Shown: positions 37,015 through 46,497, counted from the stretch's first letter. The stretch is DNA of 46,829 bases from a virus (IMGVR_UViG_3300012953_000050:1-46829); one strand, 5' to 3'. Notes: generated by a model not told the origin, from the letters alone. Numbers and translations are program-made.

Positions 37015-37538
37015 CTTGGACCTACAACCCAACCTACAATTGATTGTCTACTACCTTTAGTTAAAGGAGTAATTCTATGATATAGTAAAGATGGAAACAC
37101 TATAATTGTTCCTCTATCTCCAGCATTAGCCAAGTCAACCTTAGCATCTCTAAATTCAAAATCACCGCCTTCATATTCTTCTTTATTTGTCAACTGTATT
37201 ATATATGTAAACTTTCGGTGTTCTTTCGGAGACCATAAAACGTCTTGATGCCAGTCATATTTACCACCAACATCGTATTTAAGTAGTTTAGTTTCATTTA
37301 TAGCATTCCAAGATGATATATCATATCCATAATCTTTATTTATTTTTTTAACGAATGCTAATACTTTAAAATCTAGCCATTCTAGCTTATGTGTTATATC
37401 ATAGGTCTTAACTATTCTAAGATCAGAAGGCTCATTTGTTCTACCATGTTCCCACGTAGGATATGTGAGACCAATTTGAGTTATTTCTTTATCGTTTAAA
37501 AAGTTGTTATATACCACTGGTAAATTTACGCCATTCAA
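37005..37538 (-). CDS. 2OG-Fe(II) oxygenase
   Basis: YDWHQD, YEGG, FPS..HRITP..G.R.S. Confidence 0.9.
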   Translation of the reverse strand: MNGVNLPVVYNNFLNDKEITQIGLTYPTWEHGRTNEPSDLRIVKTYDITHKLEWLDFKVLAFVKKINKDYGYDISSWNAINETKLLKYDVGGKYDWHQDVLWSPKEHRKFTYIIQLTNKEEYEGGDFEFRDAKVDLANAGDRGTIIVFPSLLYHRITPLTKGSRQSIVGWVVGPRWK

Positions 37539-37953
37539 TCATGTTCTTTATATTTTGATGACGCCATTTTATATTGTCTAATATTTCTTTTAAAGTATCA
37601 TTAATATTTTGTAGGTAGGCTATTTTTGCTTGAGCTTCTTGAATAACTGGATCAGCGTCATACCACTTATCCATATCTCCTTTAAGTACTGTATTACCAT
37701 GTAATGGATCATATTCCCATCCTTTTGAATCTAATTCATCTTGGGATAGTTTACCACCATAATGCATAAATTTATCTCGCAATAGAACTTTAAAGTCCAT
37801 TTCAGACTTTTTAAGTTTCATACGATTTACACTGAGTATTTCTAGATACTTAGCGTGTAGTTTAGCAGAGTTCATGGAAGTTTCGTCAAGCTTCATCTCA
37901 TCGATTACTGAGTCTTTCTTCCACATTTCAAGGATTTGTTCTAAATTATTCAT
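37507..37953 (-). CDS. uvsY: Recombination mediator UvsY
   Basis: WKKDSVID, LHAKYL, IKNMIEWRKF. Confidence 0.93.
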   Translation of the reverse strand: MNNLEQILEMWKKDSVIDEMKLDETSMNSAKLHAKYLEILSVNRMKLKKSEMDFKVLLRDKFMHYGGKLSQDELDSKGWEYDPLHGNTVLKGDMDKWYDADPVIQEAQAKIAYLQNINDTLKEILDNIKWRHQNIKNMIEWRKFTSGI

Positions 37954-37960
37954 ATTATAT

Positions 37961-37989
37961 ATTATACCACAAAAACGCCTAAATGTAAA
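37961..37989 (-). promoter_or_regulatory. Early promoter of uvsY, leaderless
   Basis: TTTACA-N17-TATAAT, ATG 7 nt after the -10. Confidence 0.85.
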
Positions 37990-37996
37990 CGTTTAT

Positions 37997-38458
37997 TTAC
38001 TCAAACTCAAAATATGTGTATTTAAATGTAGCAGATGCTTCTAAATATTGTATTTCAGTTTCTTTTGCACTGAATTCTAAAGTATCTAAATTAGTTGGAA
38101 ATATATCTAAAAATTTAATTGTTTTACCCACATTATTATGTGATGTAAGGACAGATAATCTAGCATCTGATACAAACGGTTCGCCTGTATTAATGAGATT
38201 ATGCATCCAATCAAATAGTTCTATATAGTTTTCAAAGTTTTCAGTTACATTAAACTTAATAGTTAAGTCTTCAAAGTTGATTCGATCTCCAGTAAATGCT
38301 ACATTAGAACCTTTATATGGTAATGGAGCTTCAGCGAGCGATATACCTGGTACGTTAACACCAGTACAGAAATATTCTAAATTTCCATATTTCTCTCTGT
38401 CTATTAGAAAATTAAATCCTATAGGACTTACGTAGTTTTTATTAGTTGTAACTGCCAT
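37997..38458 (-). CDS. gp3: Tail tube terminator/completion protein
   Basis: VNVPGISL, GDRINFEDL, ENYIELFDW; synteny after gp23. Confidence 0.8.
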   Translation of the reverse strand: MAVTTNKNYVSPIGFNFLIDREKYGNLEYFCTGVNVPGISLAEAPLPYKGSNVAFTGDRINFEDLTIKFNVTENFENYIELFDWMHNLINTGEPFVSDARLSVLTSHNNVGKTIKFLDIFPTNLDTLEFSAKETEIQYLEASATFKYTYFEFE

Positions 38459-38462
38459 CTAT

Positions 38463-38594
38463 TTAACCTTGTTGTATTGTCTTATTCCAGACCTTGTTTA
38501 ATCTTCCACTTTTCATAATTTTATGAAATTCTTTTTCCTTCTTTTCTAGGTGTAATATCATAATATGAAAGTCATTCTTCATTTTTTCTATCAT
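38463..38594 (-). CDS. Hypothetical protein, 43 aa (MIEKMKNDFH...)
   Basis: Manually found ORF 5 nt after late promoter TATAAATA (38600-38607). Confidence 0.5.
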   Translation of the reverse strand: MIEKMKNDFHIMILHLEKKEKEFHKIMKSGRLNKVWNKTIQQG

Positions 38595-38629
38595 ATATCT
38601 ATTTATAAGGATAGAAATGTTAGTCTAGA

Positions 38630-38655
38630 ACAAAGGGACTCCGAAGAGTCCCCTT
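38630..38655 (-). terminator. Terminator hairpin with cUUCGg tetraloop
   Basis: GGGACTC-TTCG-GAGTCCC-TTTGTT. Confidence 0.8.
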
Positions 38656-38665
38656 GCCATCTATA

Positions 38666-38830
38666 TTAAGCTACCCACTTAACACCACGGTAAGTTCCGC
38701 TTTTTGGTGCTTTAGGTGACTTTTCTAGATCTTTAGATTTCCAAGAAATTCCTCTATAAACTCCTTCTTCCTGTTTAGAAGAAATTGTTTTAGCTACTTT
38801 CTCGGCCTTGATACCTCTATAGTAAGTCAT
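38666..38830 (-). CDS. DUF4278-like YRG-repeat peptide, 54 aa
   Basis: MTYYRGIK...GVYRGISW...GTYRGVKWVA; GGAGG SD; below ORF-track cutoff. Confidence 0.8.
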   Translation of the reverse strand: MTYYRGIKAEKVAKTISSKQEEGVYRGISWKSKDLEKSPKAPKSGTYRGVKWVA

Positions 38831-38892
38831 ATCAACCTCCAGTTTTCGTTTCGATTTCGTACATACGGAACTAAGCCGTACACCCTTCTCAA

Positions 38893-39009
38893 CGCGTTCC
38901 TTCGGTAACTTTCGGTCTCGTTCAGCATATCTGCCTACTTGCTATCCCTGCAATGCATTGCAGGAGGTTTTCAGGTTATCCTACTTCCGCCATATTTCTA
39001 TGGTGAACG
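38893..39009 (-). ncRNA. glnA-type glutamine riboswitch with expanded P3
   Basis: CGTTC-A-CCATA gaaa TATGG-CGGAAGTA-GG...CC-GAAG-GAACG-CG matches the glnA aptamer architecture. Confidence 0.75.
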
Positions 39010-39015
39010 TAATAT

Positions 39016-39023
39016 TATTTATA
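39016..39023 (-). promoter_or_regulatory. T4 late promoter TATAAATA
   Basis: Exact consensus 6 nt upstream of the riboswitch P1. Confidence 0.8.
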
Positions 39024-39040
39024 CAAGTTAGAATCCAGGC

Positions 39041-39069
39041 AAAAAAAAGGAGCTCCGGAGAGCCCCTTT
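39041..39069 (-). terminator. Rho-independent terminator of gp23
   Basis: GGGGCT/AGCTCC stem followed by T8. Confidence 0.85.
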
Positions 39070-39098
39070 AATTCGAATTAGAATTAACTAATTAAGGT

Positions 39099-40424
39099 TT
39101 ACACCATAATGTCGTCAACTCTGAAGATTCTGAAGTATGGGTTAGCACGGTTAGTACCAGTTCCATCTGCCGCAACAAATGGGTTAGCAACCATTCCATA
39201 TCTAGTTTTGAATCCGATTCTAGGTTGGAAGTCTTCCTCACCAACGGCTTTAACCATTTGTAAAGGAACGTATGGGCAGTAGAACATACCAGCGTCATAC
39301 GGGTTAGAACCTCTGTACCCTACACAAGCGTAATCGCCAGTTGCATAAGGATCAATGTATACTTTCATTCTTCCGTTAAGAACACCAGCAAAAGTATTAC
39401 CAGTATCGTCAACATTCAATGAAGTATTCATTGCTGGGCTGTAATCTAACATTCCAGCAGCAGCCAACGCTGAAGCAACGTCTGAAGAACAGATAACATA
39501 GTTACCTTTTCCACGTCTTGTTTCTTTAGCGATGATGTTAGCTTCTCTTTCGAGTTGCATAACTAAGCCTTTAAACTTCTCAGCACTCCATCTACCGTCA
39601 GAGTCAGTGTTAACATTGAAAACACCGCTTAGAGCAGTTGATGATTGAAGTGCACCGATTTTAGCTTTAGTTAGAATAGTTCTTACAACTTCTCTGTTGA
39701 TTTCCGCAAGGATTTCAGCAGATAGGATGTTAGCCAATTCTGACTCAGCGTCCAATCCGTGGATAGCTTTAAGGTCTTGTGCTAGTTCGATAGTGTACTC
39801 AGCTTTTAGAGCTCTTGACTTCGCAGTCACTGTAGATTTCTCGATTGAGAAAGCCATTTCTCCAAATGCTGCACCAGCACCACCTGACATACCTCTTTGT
39901 TCAGCTGTAGCTGTAGGTAAACCAGTACCGATACCAGAAACAGTATCAGATTCATCCGCGATGCTTCCGGAAGCTGGAGATTCTGAATCGACTACTCCAA
40001 CTAAACCTGAAGGATCAGCTTCGTGTGTACCTGTACCAGAGAAGTCAGTATCAGCTTCATTAAATAAAGCTTCAGTTCCACCCTGAGTTGAGTACTTAGA
40101 TTTCATTGCAAAGATAAGTCCTGTAGGACCATTCATTGGCTGTACGCCAGCGATATCATAAGCAATAAGGTTTGGCATTGCACGTCTTACTAAAGAGATT
40201 AAGACTGGGTCAAAGTTAGCAATATTAGAACCAGTAGCATTAGCGTGAGCCTCTGATACTTGTCCAAAACTTTCGTTGACTTTCTGTTCTCTTTGGGCAA
40301 TTTCTTGGTTTTCCAAGAGTCGTGCAGTTACCGCTTTACGATATTTGTCGCCAATAGATGGAGCATCTTCATGATCCAATACTGGTGACCATTTCTCGAT
40401 TAAATTTTGGTCTGCGTTAAACAT
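39099..40424 (-). CDS. gp23: Major capsid protein
   Basis: LIEKWSPVL, VQPMNGPTGLIFAM, AKSRALKAEYT, GFKTRYG. Confidence 0.98.
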   Translation of the reverse strand: MFNADQNLIEKWSPVLDHEDAPSIGDKYRKAVTARLLENQEIAQREQKVNESFGQVSEAHANATGSNIANFDPVLISLVRRAMPNLIAYDIAGVQPMNGPTGLIFAMKSKYSTQGGTEALFNEADTDFSGTGTHEADPSGLVGVVDSESPASGSIADESDTVSGIGTGLPTATAEQRGMSGGAGAAFGEMAFSIEKSTVTAKSRALKAEYTIELAQDLKAIHGLDAESELANILSAEILAEINREVVRTILTKAKIGALQSSTALSGVFNVNTDSDGRWSAEKFKGLVMQLEREANIIAKETRRGKGNYVICSSDVASALAAAGMLDYSPAMNTSLNVDDTGNTFAGVLNGRMKVYIDPYATGDYACVGYRGSNPYDAGMFYCPYVPLQMVKAVGEEDFQPRIGFKTRYGMVANPFVAADGTGTNRANPYFRIFRVDDIMV

Positions 40425-40444
40425 TTTTGTTTATCCCCTATTAT

Positions 40445-41605
40445 TTATTTTAAGTGTTTTGTGATAGCTTGAGTATATGCATCCATTGAACCTGTTCCAG
40501 CCGGAGCTGTATCATTTCCAATTAGTGCATCAGCTTCATCTACTGTTTCACTTTTACCGTTAGAGAAATATGATTCTTTGATAGTTTTCACTTTCATTTC
40601 GAAAGTTTCTTCATCTTCGAATTCAACATCTTCTACTAATGATCCAAGTTTCTCAGCTTCTGTAGCTGCTAAGCCCGAAGCATTTCTTCTAATAACATCA
40701 GCTTTAGCATAAGCTTGATTAGCCGCTGTTAATTGAATATTGTCTTCTGTGGATTTATTAAGGTTCTCTTCAAGTTCAGTAACTTCAGCTGATAGTTCAT
40801 CAACTAAATCTACTTTTCCTTCTGGAACTTCAATGTAGTGTTCCTTAAATACTGATTGTAATCCAGTCATAAAGTCTTCAGCGATTTCAGTCCTAAGACC
40901 TTGCTCAACTGCAACTTCATTTTCTTTCATCCAATTTTCTACTACATAGTTTAAGTAAGAATCTACTTTTTCTACGATTGTAGACTGTATTTCAGCAACT
41001 TCTTCTTCAAGATTTTGCGCCATTTCAGCTTCGATCTTATCAACAGCATCTCCGACTTTCGCCTTTAATGCAGCTTCAAATACGATACCAGCTTTATCAC
41101 GGAATCCATCAGATAGCGTAGCTTCTTCAGATACTAATGCATCTAAATCTTCAGAGTAATCAACATCAAAATCTAATTCCTTTGCAGGAGTAGATTCTTC
41201 AGCTACTACTTCTTCAGACTCTTCAACACCTTCTTTGATGCCAGCCATCTTTTTAAACATAGCTTGCGCTTCATGTTTTCTTGCTTTCTTAAGCATCTCT
41301 ACTGCAGCGTTTATAGTGCCAGCTTTAGTTTTAGGAACTTGAACTTCTTCAACTTCCTCGTCGTCTTCCTCAGAATCTTCATCAGAAGGATCTTCATCGT
41401 CATCATCCATTTTACCGTATGTTTCAGATTTTTCTTCTTCTTCGTCTTCTTCTTTGTCTTCAGACTCTTTTTTAGCTTTAGCTTCTTCTATATTTGCGTC
41501 TTCTAGAACTTCTTCCTCGTTTTCAACGAGCTCTTCAGATTCTTGAATTTGCTCTTCATCAGAGATGACTTCTTCAGCGTTATTGTTGTCTATTTCATTT
41601 GACAT
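40445..41605 (-). CDS. gp22: Prohead core scaffold protein
   Basis: Acidic; VDSYLNYVVENW, FKEHYIEVP; synteny. Confidence 0.92.
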   Translation of the reverse strand: MSNEIDNNNAEEVISDEEQIQESEELVENEEEVLEDANIEEAKAKKESEDKEEDEEEEKSETYGKMDDDDEDPSDEDSEEDDEEVEEVQVPKTKAGTINAAVEMLKKARKHEAQAMFKKMAGIKEGVEESEEVVAEESTPAKELDFDVDYSEDLDALVSEEATLSDGFRDKAGIVFEAALKAKVGDAVDKIEAEMAQNLEEEVAEIQSTIVEKVDSYLNYVVENWMKENEVAVEQGLRTEIAEDFMTGLQSVFKEHYIEVPEGKVDLVDELSAEVTELEENLNKSTEDNIQLTAANQAYAKADVIRRNASGLAATEAEKLGSLVEDVEFEDEETFEMKVKTIKESYFSNGKSETVDEADALIGNDTAPAGTGSMDAYTQAITKHLK

Positions 41606-41629
41606 AGCTTTTTAGTCTCCTAAATATAT

Positions 41630-42277
41630 TTAAAGTTTAGAGAGGAAATTCTTGAACGCCTTTATTTCCGCGCCAGCTAGATGCTTTGACGGAGTACGTT
41701 TTATTTCAGTCTCGATTTTTTCAATTTCCTGAGGAGCTAAGATTCCATTATTCCATATCCAATCAACACCTTCCATAACACCATTGACAAATGCCGATGG
41801 TGCAGAAGGGTCTTGGACTATATCTACGGAGGCTAACATAAAGTCAGACTTCACATACATGGCGCCTTTGCGGTTCTCAAGAGTACCCATTCCACGACTA
41901 GATACACCAACTTTCACACCACCGTCAAGAAGACCTTCTACGATCTTACCCATAGGGGTGTTTAAAATTGATGCTTTTCCATAAACATCATTTCCCTCAA
42001 ATTTGAGTTTAGTGATTTTATGAGAAACTTTATCAAGGTTTATTTGAGGTCCAGCTGGATGATCTAATTCTCCAACTGCTCTACCTTGACTAACTTGCTC
42101 TTTGACATATTTGTCAACAGCAGCTTGTAATATTTCTTTTTCATACACTCGGCCGTTTCTATTTTTTTGTTCAGCCTGCATGAAAACACCTTCGATGACT
42201 AATTGCTTAGCACCGCTTTTTGTTTTTTCTTCGATAACTTGTAAATTGTTATCTACATATTCTGAGATTAGTTTCAT
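41630..42277 (-). CDS. gp21: Prohead protease
   Basis: NRNGRVY, GELDHP, GVSSRGMG, DPSAP. Confidence 0.97.
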   Translation of the reverse strand: MKLISEYVDNNLQVIEEKTKSGAKQLVIEGVFMQAEQKNRNGRVYEKEILQAAVDKYVKEQVSQGRAVGELDHPAGPQINLDKVSHKITKLKFEGNDVYGKASILNTPMGKIVEGLLDGGVKVGVSSRGMGTLENRKGAMYVKSDFMLASVDIVQDPSAPSAFVNGVMEGVDWIWNNGILAPQEIEKIETEIKRTPSKHLAGAEIKAFKNFLSKL

Positions 42278-42504
42278 TATTCTGTTTCTTCTCCCATAAG
42301 TTTCATGAAGTCATTGGCTGCTTTTTCAGCATCCTTTTGACTTTTGAAGCTATTATCTAATAATTCGCCTTTTATATAAGCAGCAAATTTATTACCCTTT
42401 TTAGCGATAATAACTTCATTGTTTTTTCTTTTCCCGCCCTTGAATTTCTTAACCTGTTTATATCCAGGGTCAAGTTTTTCCATGAGCTCTGAAAACTTTA
42501 ACAT
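42277..42504 (-). CDS. Prohead core protein (gp68-like position)
   Basis: Basic small ORF between gp67-like and gp21; MLKFSELME start. Confidence 0.6.
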   Translation of the reverse strand: MLKFSELMEKLDPGYKQVKKFKGGKRKNNEVIIAKKGNKFAAYIKGELLDNSFKSQKDAEKAANDFMKLMGEETE

Positions 42505-42671
42505 TACTCTTCGTCTTGTTCTTGTTTTCTTTGGACTAAATTTGAAGCCACTTCAACCTTTTTAGCTTGTAACGCATCTTTGAGTTTACCATCAATGATG
42601 TTATTAAAAGCCTTAGTTGCATTTACATTGTCGCCAGCGGCAACTTTGTCAATCATGTCTTTTACTTCCAT
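42504..42671 (-). CDS. gp67: Prohead core protein gp67-like, 55 aa
   Basis: Manually found MEVKDMIDKVAAGDNVNATKAF...; late promoter at 42691-42698; synteny. Confidence 0.7.
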   Translation of the reverse strand: MEVKDMIDKVAAGDNVNATKAFNNIIDGKLKDALQAKKVEVASNLVQRKQEQDEE

Positions 42672-42703
42672 TTTATTTATCCTCTACCTTTATTTATAAA
42701 AAA

Positions 42704-44203
42704 TTATATGTCAAGATCATCTAAATCGTCCTCATCGCCACCTGCTGCCTTCTCATCTTCCATTTGTTTATCCAAATCTTCGATTTCTTCATCAGATTGC
42801 CTCAGAACATTCTTTCTGACCCATTCGTTTGAAATATATTTACCTACGTATTCATCTAGACTAGCTAGCATTTCAAAACGTTCTCTATACATTTCACTTG
42901 CTTTCAATTCACTAAAGTAGTTATCCTCAATAAAGTCGAATGCTATATCTTCTTTAAAATCAGCCCAATCATCCTTAGTAATTATCCCTTTTAACAATAA
43001 TTGAGTTTTCAATAGTTGTATAAAGAGATCTGAAAATCTTTTTCTTAGTCTATCAACAAACTTCTTAAATTTAACCTCATCTCGAGATATTTCTGAAGCT
43101 CGTCCTAAACTAAACTGCGCACTTTCTTCTGTTGTTAATCTACCAACAGGTACATTCAGTGCTTTATATAACTTCCTTTGGAAATAGATTATATCATCTA
43201 TCTGCCCTAGGTTTTCACCTCCAGGAAGCGTTGTAATTTCTGTTCCTCTTCCACCTTCTCTTCTTGGTAGGAAAAAGTCTTCAAGCATTGACATATGTTT
43301 TTTGTCATCTTTAATATCGCCAGTGCTTGCATCATAAACCAATTTATTTCTATATTGATTCATTATATTCTTTAAGTATTCTTCTGCTTTACCCTTAGGT
43401 AAGTTACCAACATCAATATAGAATATTCTACGTTCTGGTGCTCTACTTATTCTGTAGATAACCAAAGAATCTTCCATCATTCTTAATTGGTTTACAGGTT
43501 TTAATGCTTTATGCAAATATGATAATATACGTTTTCTATCAGATGATAACATACCAGATGTACAGTATGCTATAGCATCTGGATGAATTCTTAATCCTTC
43601 TTGGGATGAATTCATTTTATCATCTTGAAATATAAAATATTCTTCACCCTTTTTAATTATTTCTGCTCCAGTCCTAGGATCAGTTTCTTTAATAATTTCT
43701 TTTACTTTACGTAATTTAATTGGATCGATATATCTTAGTTCTTGTATACCTTTAGCTGGGCTTTTATCATCTATGATAATATGATATGGTAATCTACCAT
43801 CAATATACCATTTTCTAAAAGTATCGTGCCCGTAAGCATTAAAGCTTAATAATGATAATATATTATCAAACTCTTCTCTAATTGTTTCTTTGATATTGTC
43901 TGAAGCTTCTAGTTTATCTAATACAATATTTACTGGTGCTTCATCATGATCACCAATAATTGAATCATTAACTATATCTTCTATTGCTGCATCACACTCA
44001 GGTTGAGTTGATACATCCCTATACTTAAGTATAAGATCTATTTCATTTGCTGCCTTGTCTCCATCTACATCAAGATATTGACCAAAGTGTCCGCCAGATT
44101 GAATTACACCTGCACCATCCGATTCAGTATCGGGCACAAAGGATATTCTTTCTGGTTCCTTAGTCTTTTTTCTATTGATTTCGAATCCGAAAAATTCTGC
44201 CAT
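42704..44203 (-). CDS. gp20: Portal protein
   Basis: YRISRAPERRIFYIDVGNLPKGKAE, LPRREGGRGTE. Confidence 0.98.
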   Translation of the reverse strand: MAEFFGFEINRKKTKEPERISFVPDTESDGAGVIQSGGHFGQYLDVDGDKAANEIDLILKYRDVSTQPECDAAIEDIVNDSIIGDHDEAPVNIVLDKLEASDNIKETIREEFDNILSLLSFNAYGHDTFRKWYIDGRLPYHIIIDDKSPAKGIQELRYIDPIKLRKVKEIIKETDPRTGAEIIKKGEEYFIFQDDKMNSSQEGLRIHPDAIAYCTSGMLSSDRKRILSYLHKALKPVNQLRMMEDSLVIYRISRAPERRIFYIDVGNLPKGKAEEYLKNIMNQYRNKLVYDASTGDIKDDKKHMSMLEDFFLPRREGGRGTEITTLPGGENLGQIDDIIYFQRKLYKALNVPVGRLTTEESAQFSLGRASEISRDEVKFKKFVDRLRKRFSDLFIQLLKTQLLLKGIITKDDWADFKEDIAFDFIEDNYFSELKASEMYRERFEMLASLDEYVGKYISNEWVRKNVLRQSDEEIEDLDKQMEDEKAAGGDEDDLDDLDI

Positions 44204-44251
44204 AATTTACCTCATATAATCAGAGGGGAAATAAATCCCCTCATCATATAT

Positions 44252-44259
44252 TATTTATA
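44252..44259 (-). promoter_or_regulatory. T4 late promoter with leader hairpin (GAGGGGA/TCCCCTC)
   Basis: TATAAATA upstream of gp20. Confidence 0.75.
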
Positions 44260-44263
44260 CCTC

Positions 44264-44791
44264 TTACGAAGTAGTGTTCGATTCCCAATATTGTACTTGA
44301 AGTTCAACTGTAAACTCTTCAATTGTATTTTCTGAGTCATAGTTAACATCAATAGCACTTAAATTAGTTGGGAAAGCCCCTCTAATGTTGTAAGTTTTAG
44401 TAACTACACCTTGCTTGTTTAACTGCTCAACAACAACGTCAGCTTCATAATCCGCAGGATCAGAAAGACCAGTGTTATTATTGTGTTCGTTAATTCCATT
44501 CATCCAAGCTTCAAAGCCATCTCTTACCTTAAACTCTACGTCATTAATGACTGTAAGAGTTACAGGTTCGAAAGTTCTATCTCCAGCTAACTGAAGTTGT
44601 CTGCCTCTGAACGGTACAGGTATTGGTGCAATAACTGAACTTGGAAACTGAGCTCCTTTACATAAGAAAGAAGTTAATTCCACGTCCCCATTTGCATATG
44701 AAGGAAAGTTAACAGTAGCTTTGAACATGTTTGCACGTGCGCCACCACCTGTTAGCTTAGATTTAAAATCGTCTACGCCTAAAATTGCCAT
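44264..44791 (-). CDS. gp19: Tail tube protein
   Basis: GGARANMF, FRGR..AGDRTF, IEEFTVE. Confidence 0.96.
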   Translation of the reverse strand: MAILGVDDFKSKLTGGGARANMFKATVNFPSYANGDVELTSFLCKGAQFPSSVIAPIPVPFRGRQLQLAGDRTFEPVTLTVINDVEFKVRDGFEAWMNGINEHNNNTGLSDPADYEADVVVEQLNKQGVVTKTYNIRGAFPTNLSAIDVNYDSENTIEEFTVELQVQYWESNTTS

Positions 44792-44805
44792 TAGTTATTC
44801 CCCCT

Positions 44806-46497
44806 TTACCCTGAAGTTCCAGCGATTTCTGTAAATTCTACGCCAGATCTTGTTGCAATAAAGTTAAGTGTAATAAAATTAATCGATCTTGCAGGTTTGA
44901 TATAAATATCAGCTACAAATTGATTAGAATTAATCACTTGACTAGTGTTGTTAGTTAAATCGCAAACAACTAGAAAATCTTCTAGTCCTCTACGTCCTTT
45001 TACATTCCTTAAGAAAGGCTCTACTAGATTCTTAAATTGAGCTCTAGTAAATTCGTCGTTAAATTCGAATAATTGGAATTTAGCTGCAGTAGCTACTGAT
45101 TTTTCTAAAACATTAAATAGCCTTCTTACATTGATTCTATCAAATGCAGATGGTTTAGATTGTAATGTTTTATCGCCAAATAGTACTGTTCCTTGTCCTG
45201 GAAATGCTACGATTGGATTTACTCTTGCTTTATACAATGTATCTCTATCAGCTTGATTAGGATTATAAGCTAGTTTTGTTACACCTAGTAACTGTCCTCT
45301 GGTAAATCCAGCAGGAGAGAACCATGCATCTGCAACATTATCAGTGTTAGCACATAAGCCAGCAACATGTCCAGCTGCTCCAATGTAACGATAAACATCA
45401 TTGTATTTATCATAAACATATAGTGCGCCTGAATCACATGAAGCATATGAGCTAGATGTTAATGTGTCTGCAAATGTTTTCACATCTGCTGCAGGTGAAG
45501 AAGAACCAACGGTATCTTCTATAGGTGGTGATACAAAAGCCATACAATCTTTTCTAGCTGTTGCTATAGAGATTAAATCGTTTGCAATAGTATTTGCTCC
45601 ATTTGCGTCAGGAACAGCAAACAATAAGTTTACATCAACTGTTTCCGAATCTTCGAATAGGTCAAAACCTAATTGAATTTCGCCAGTTGTTGGCACGTTA
45701 TCGTCTGTTCCACCAGAAAGAGAATCTTCCATTGCAGATGTTGGTTTAGCTATTGAGCTTAAACCTGATAGAGCTGATCCAGCATTAGTTAAATTTGAAT
45801 CATGGTCCATCCATCTTACATACTCAGATTCCGCGTTGATTACATCTACATAATAGTTTGATGTACCATCGTTTTTCTTAGCATCTGACCCTTGAGAAAC
45901 AAAAGCAAAAGTTTCTAATACAGTTCCCACTGTGCCAGAAATTAAGCCATCTTCATCGACTACTGCTACGTGCATCTCATCACCAAGTGATGATTTGCCT
46001 AGACTTACTGCATATTCTGAAGTTCCAGGAGCTCCGTCAAAGCTTGAACTATAAGTCCAGCCTGAGAAACTTGAAATTCCAGATGATATTACACTTACCT
46101 TCAGACTATTACCTAAGGTGCCTGGGAATTTTGCAGCCCATTCACCAACAGATCCTTGTCCAGAAGAGTAAGAGTTTTGATATACAGTATCATTTTTTAT
46201 CAAAAGTCCAGCACCGTCAGAAGTAGCATTTTTGTTACCTGTAGCGGATCGGACAACTTTCAAAGCTCCACCATACTTTAAGTATGAAGAAGCAGTTAGA
46301 AAGTATTTTGCAGTATTAGAATCTGGTGTTCCAAATTTCTCTGCTAGTTCCTTTTCAGTACTAACAGTAGTAACTTCTTCGACCGGACCCCAATTAAATA
46401 CACCTGCAAATCCACCAATACTGGTAGATACCGCAGGTACGACGTTCGTTGCGTCAATTTCCTTGACCTGAACGCCAGGTGATACCTGAATTGCCAT
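44806..46497 (-). CDS. gp18: Tail sheath protein
   Basis: SPGVQVKEID, WFSPAG, FDRINVRRLF, FEFND. Confidence 0.97.
   Translation of the reverse strand: MAIQVSPGVQVKEIDATNVVPAVSTSIGGFAGVFNWGPVEEVTTVSTEKELAEKFGTPDSNTAKYFLTASSYLKYGGALKVVRSATGNKNATSDGAGLLIKNDTVYQNSYSSGQGSVGEWAAKFPGTLGNSLKVSVISSGISSFSGWTYSSSFDGAPGTSEYAVSLGKSSLGDEMHVAVVDEDGLISGTVGTVLETFAFVSQGSDAKKNDGTSNYYVDVINAESEYVRWMDHDSNLTNAGSALSGLSSIAKPTSAMEDSLSGGTDDNVPTTGEIQLGFDLFEDSETVDVNLLFAVPDANGANTIANDLISIATARKDCMAFVSPPIEDTVGSSSPAADVKTFADTLTSSSYASCDSGALYVYDKYNDVYRYIGAAGHVAGLCANTDNVADAWFSPAGFTRGQLLGVTKLAYNPNQADRDTLYKARVNPIVAFPGQGTVLFGDKTLQSKPSAFDRINVRRLFNVLEKSVATAAKFQLFEFNDEFTRAQFKNLVEPFLRNVKGRRGLEDFLVVCDLTNNTSQVINSNQFVADIYIKPARSINFITLNFIATRSGVEFTEIAGTSG

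Noticed and set aside
41340-41580. TCTTC-rich quasi-repeats
   Set aside because: Codon-level consequence of Glu/Asp-rich scaffold protein, not a DNA repeat array
190-46471. Plus-strand ORFs in the ORF track (e.g. 1856..2236, 26726..27118, 39697..40086)
   Set aside because: All are antisense shadows of well-supported minus-strand genes, with no recognisable motifs or SD
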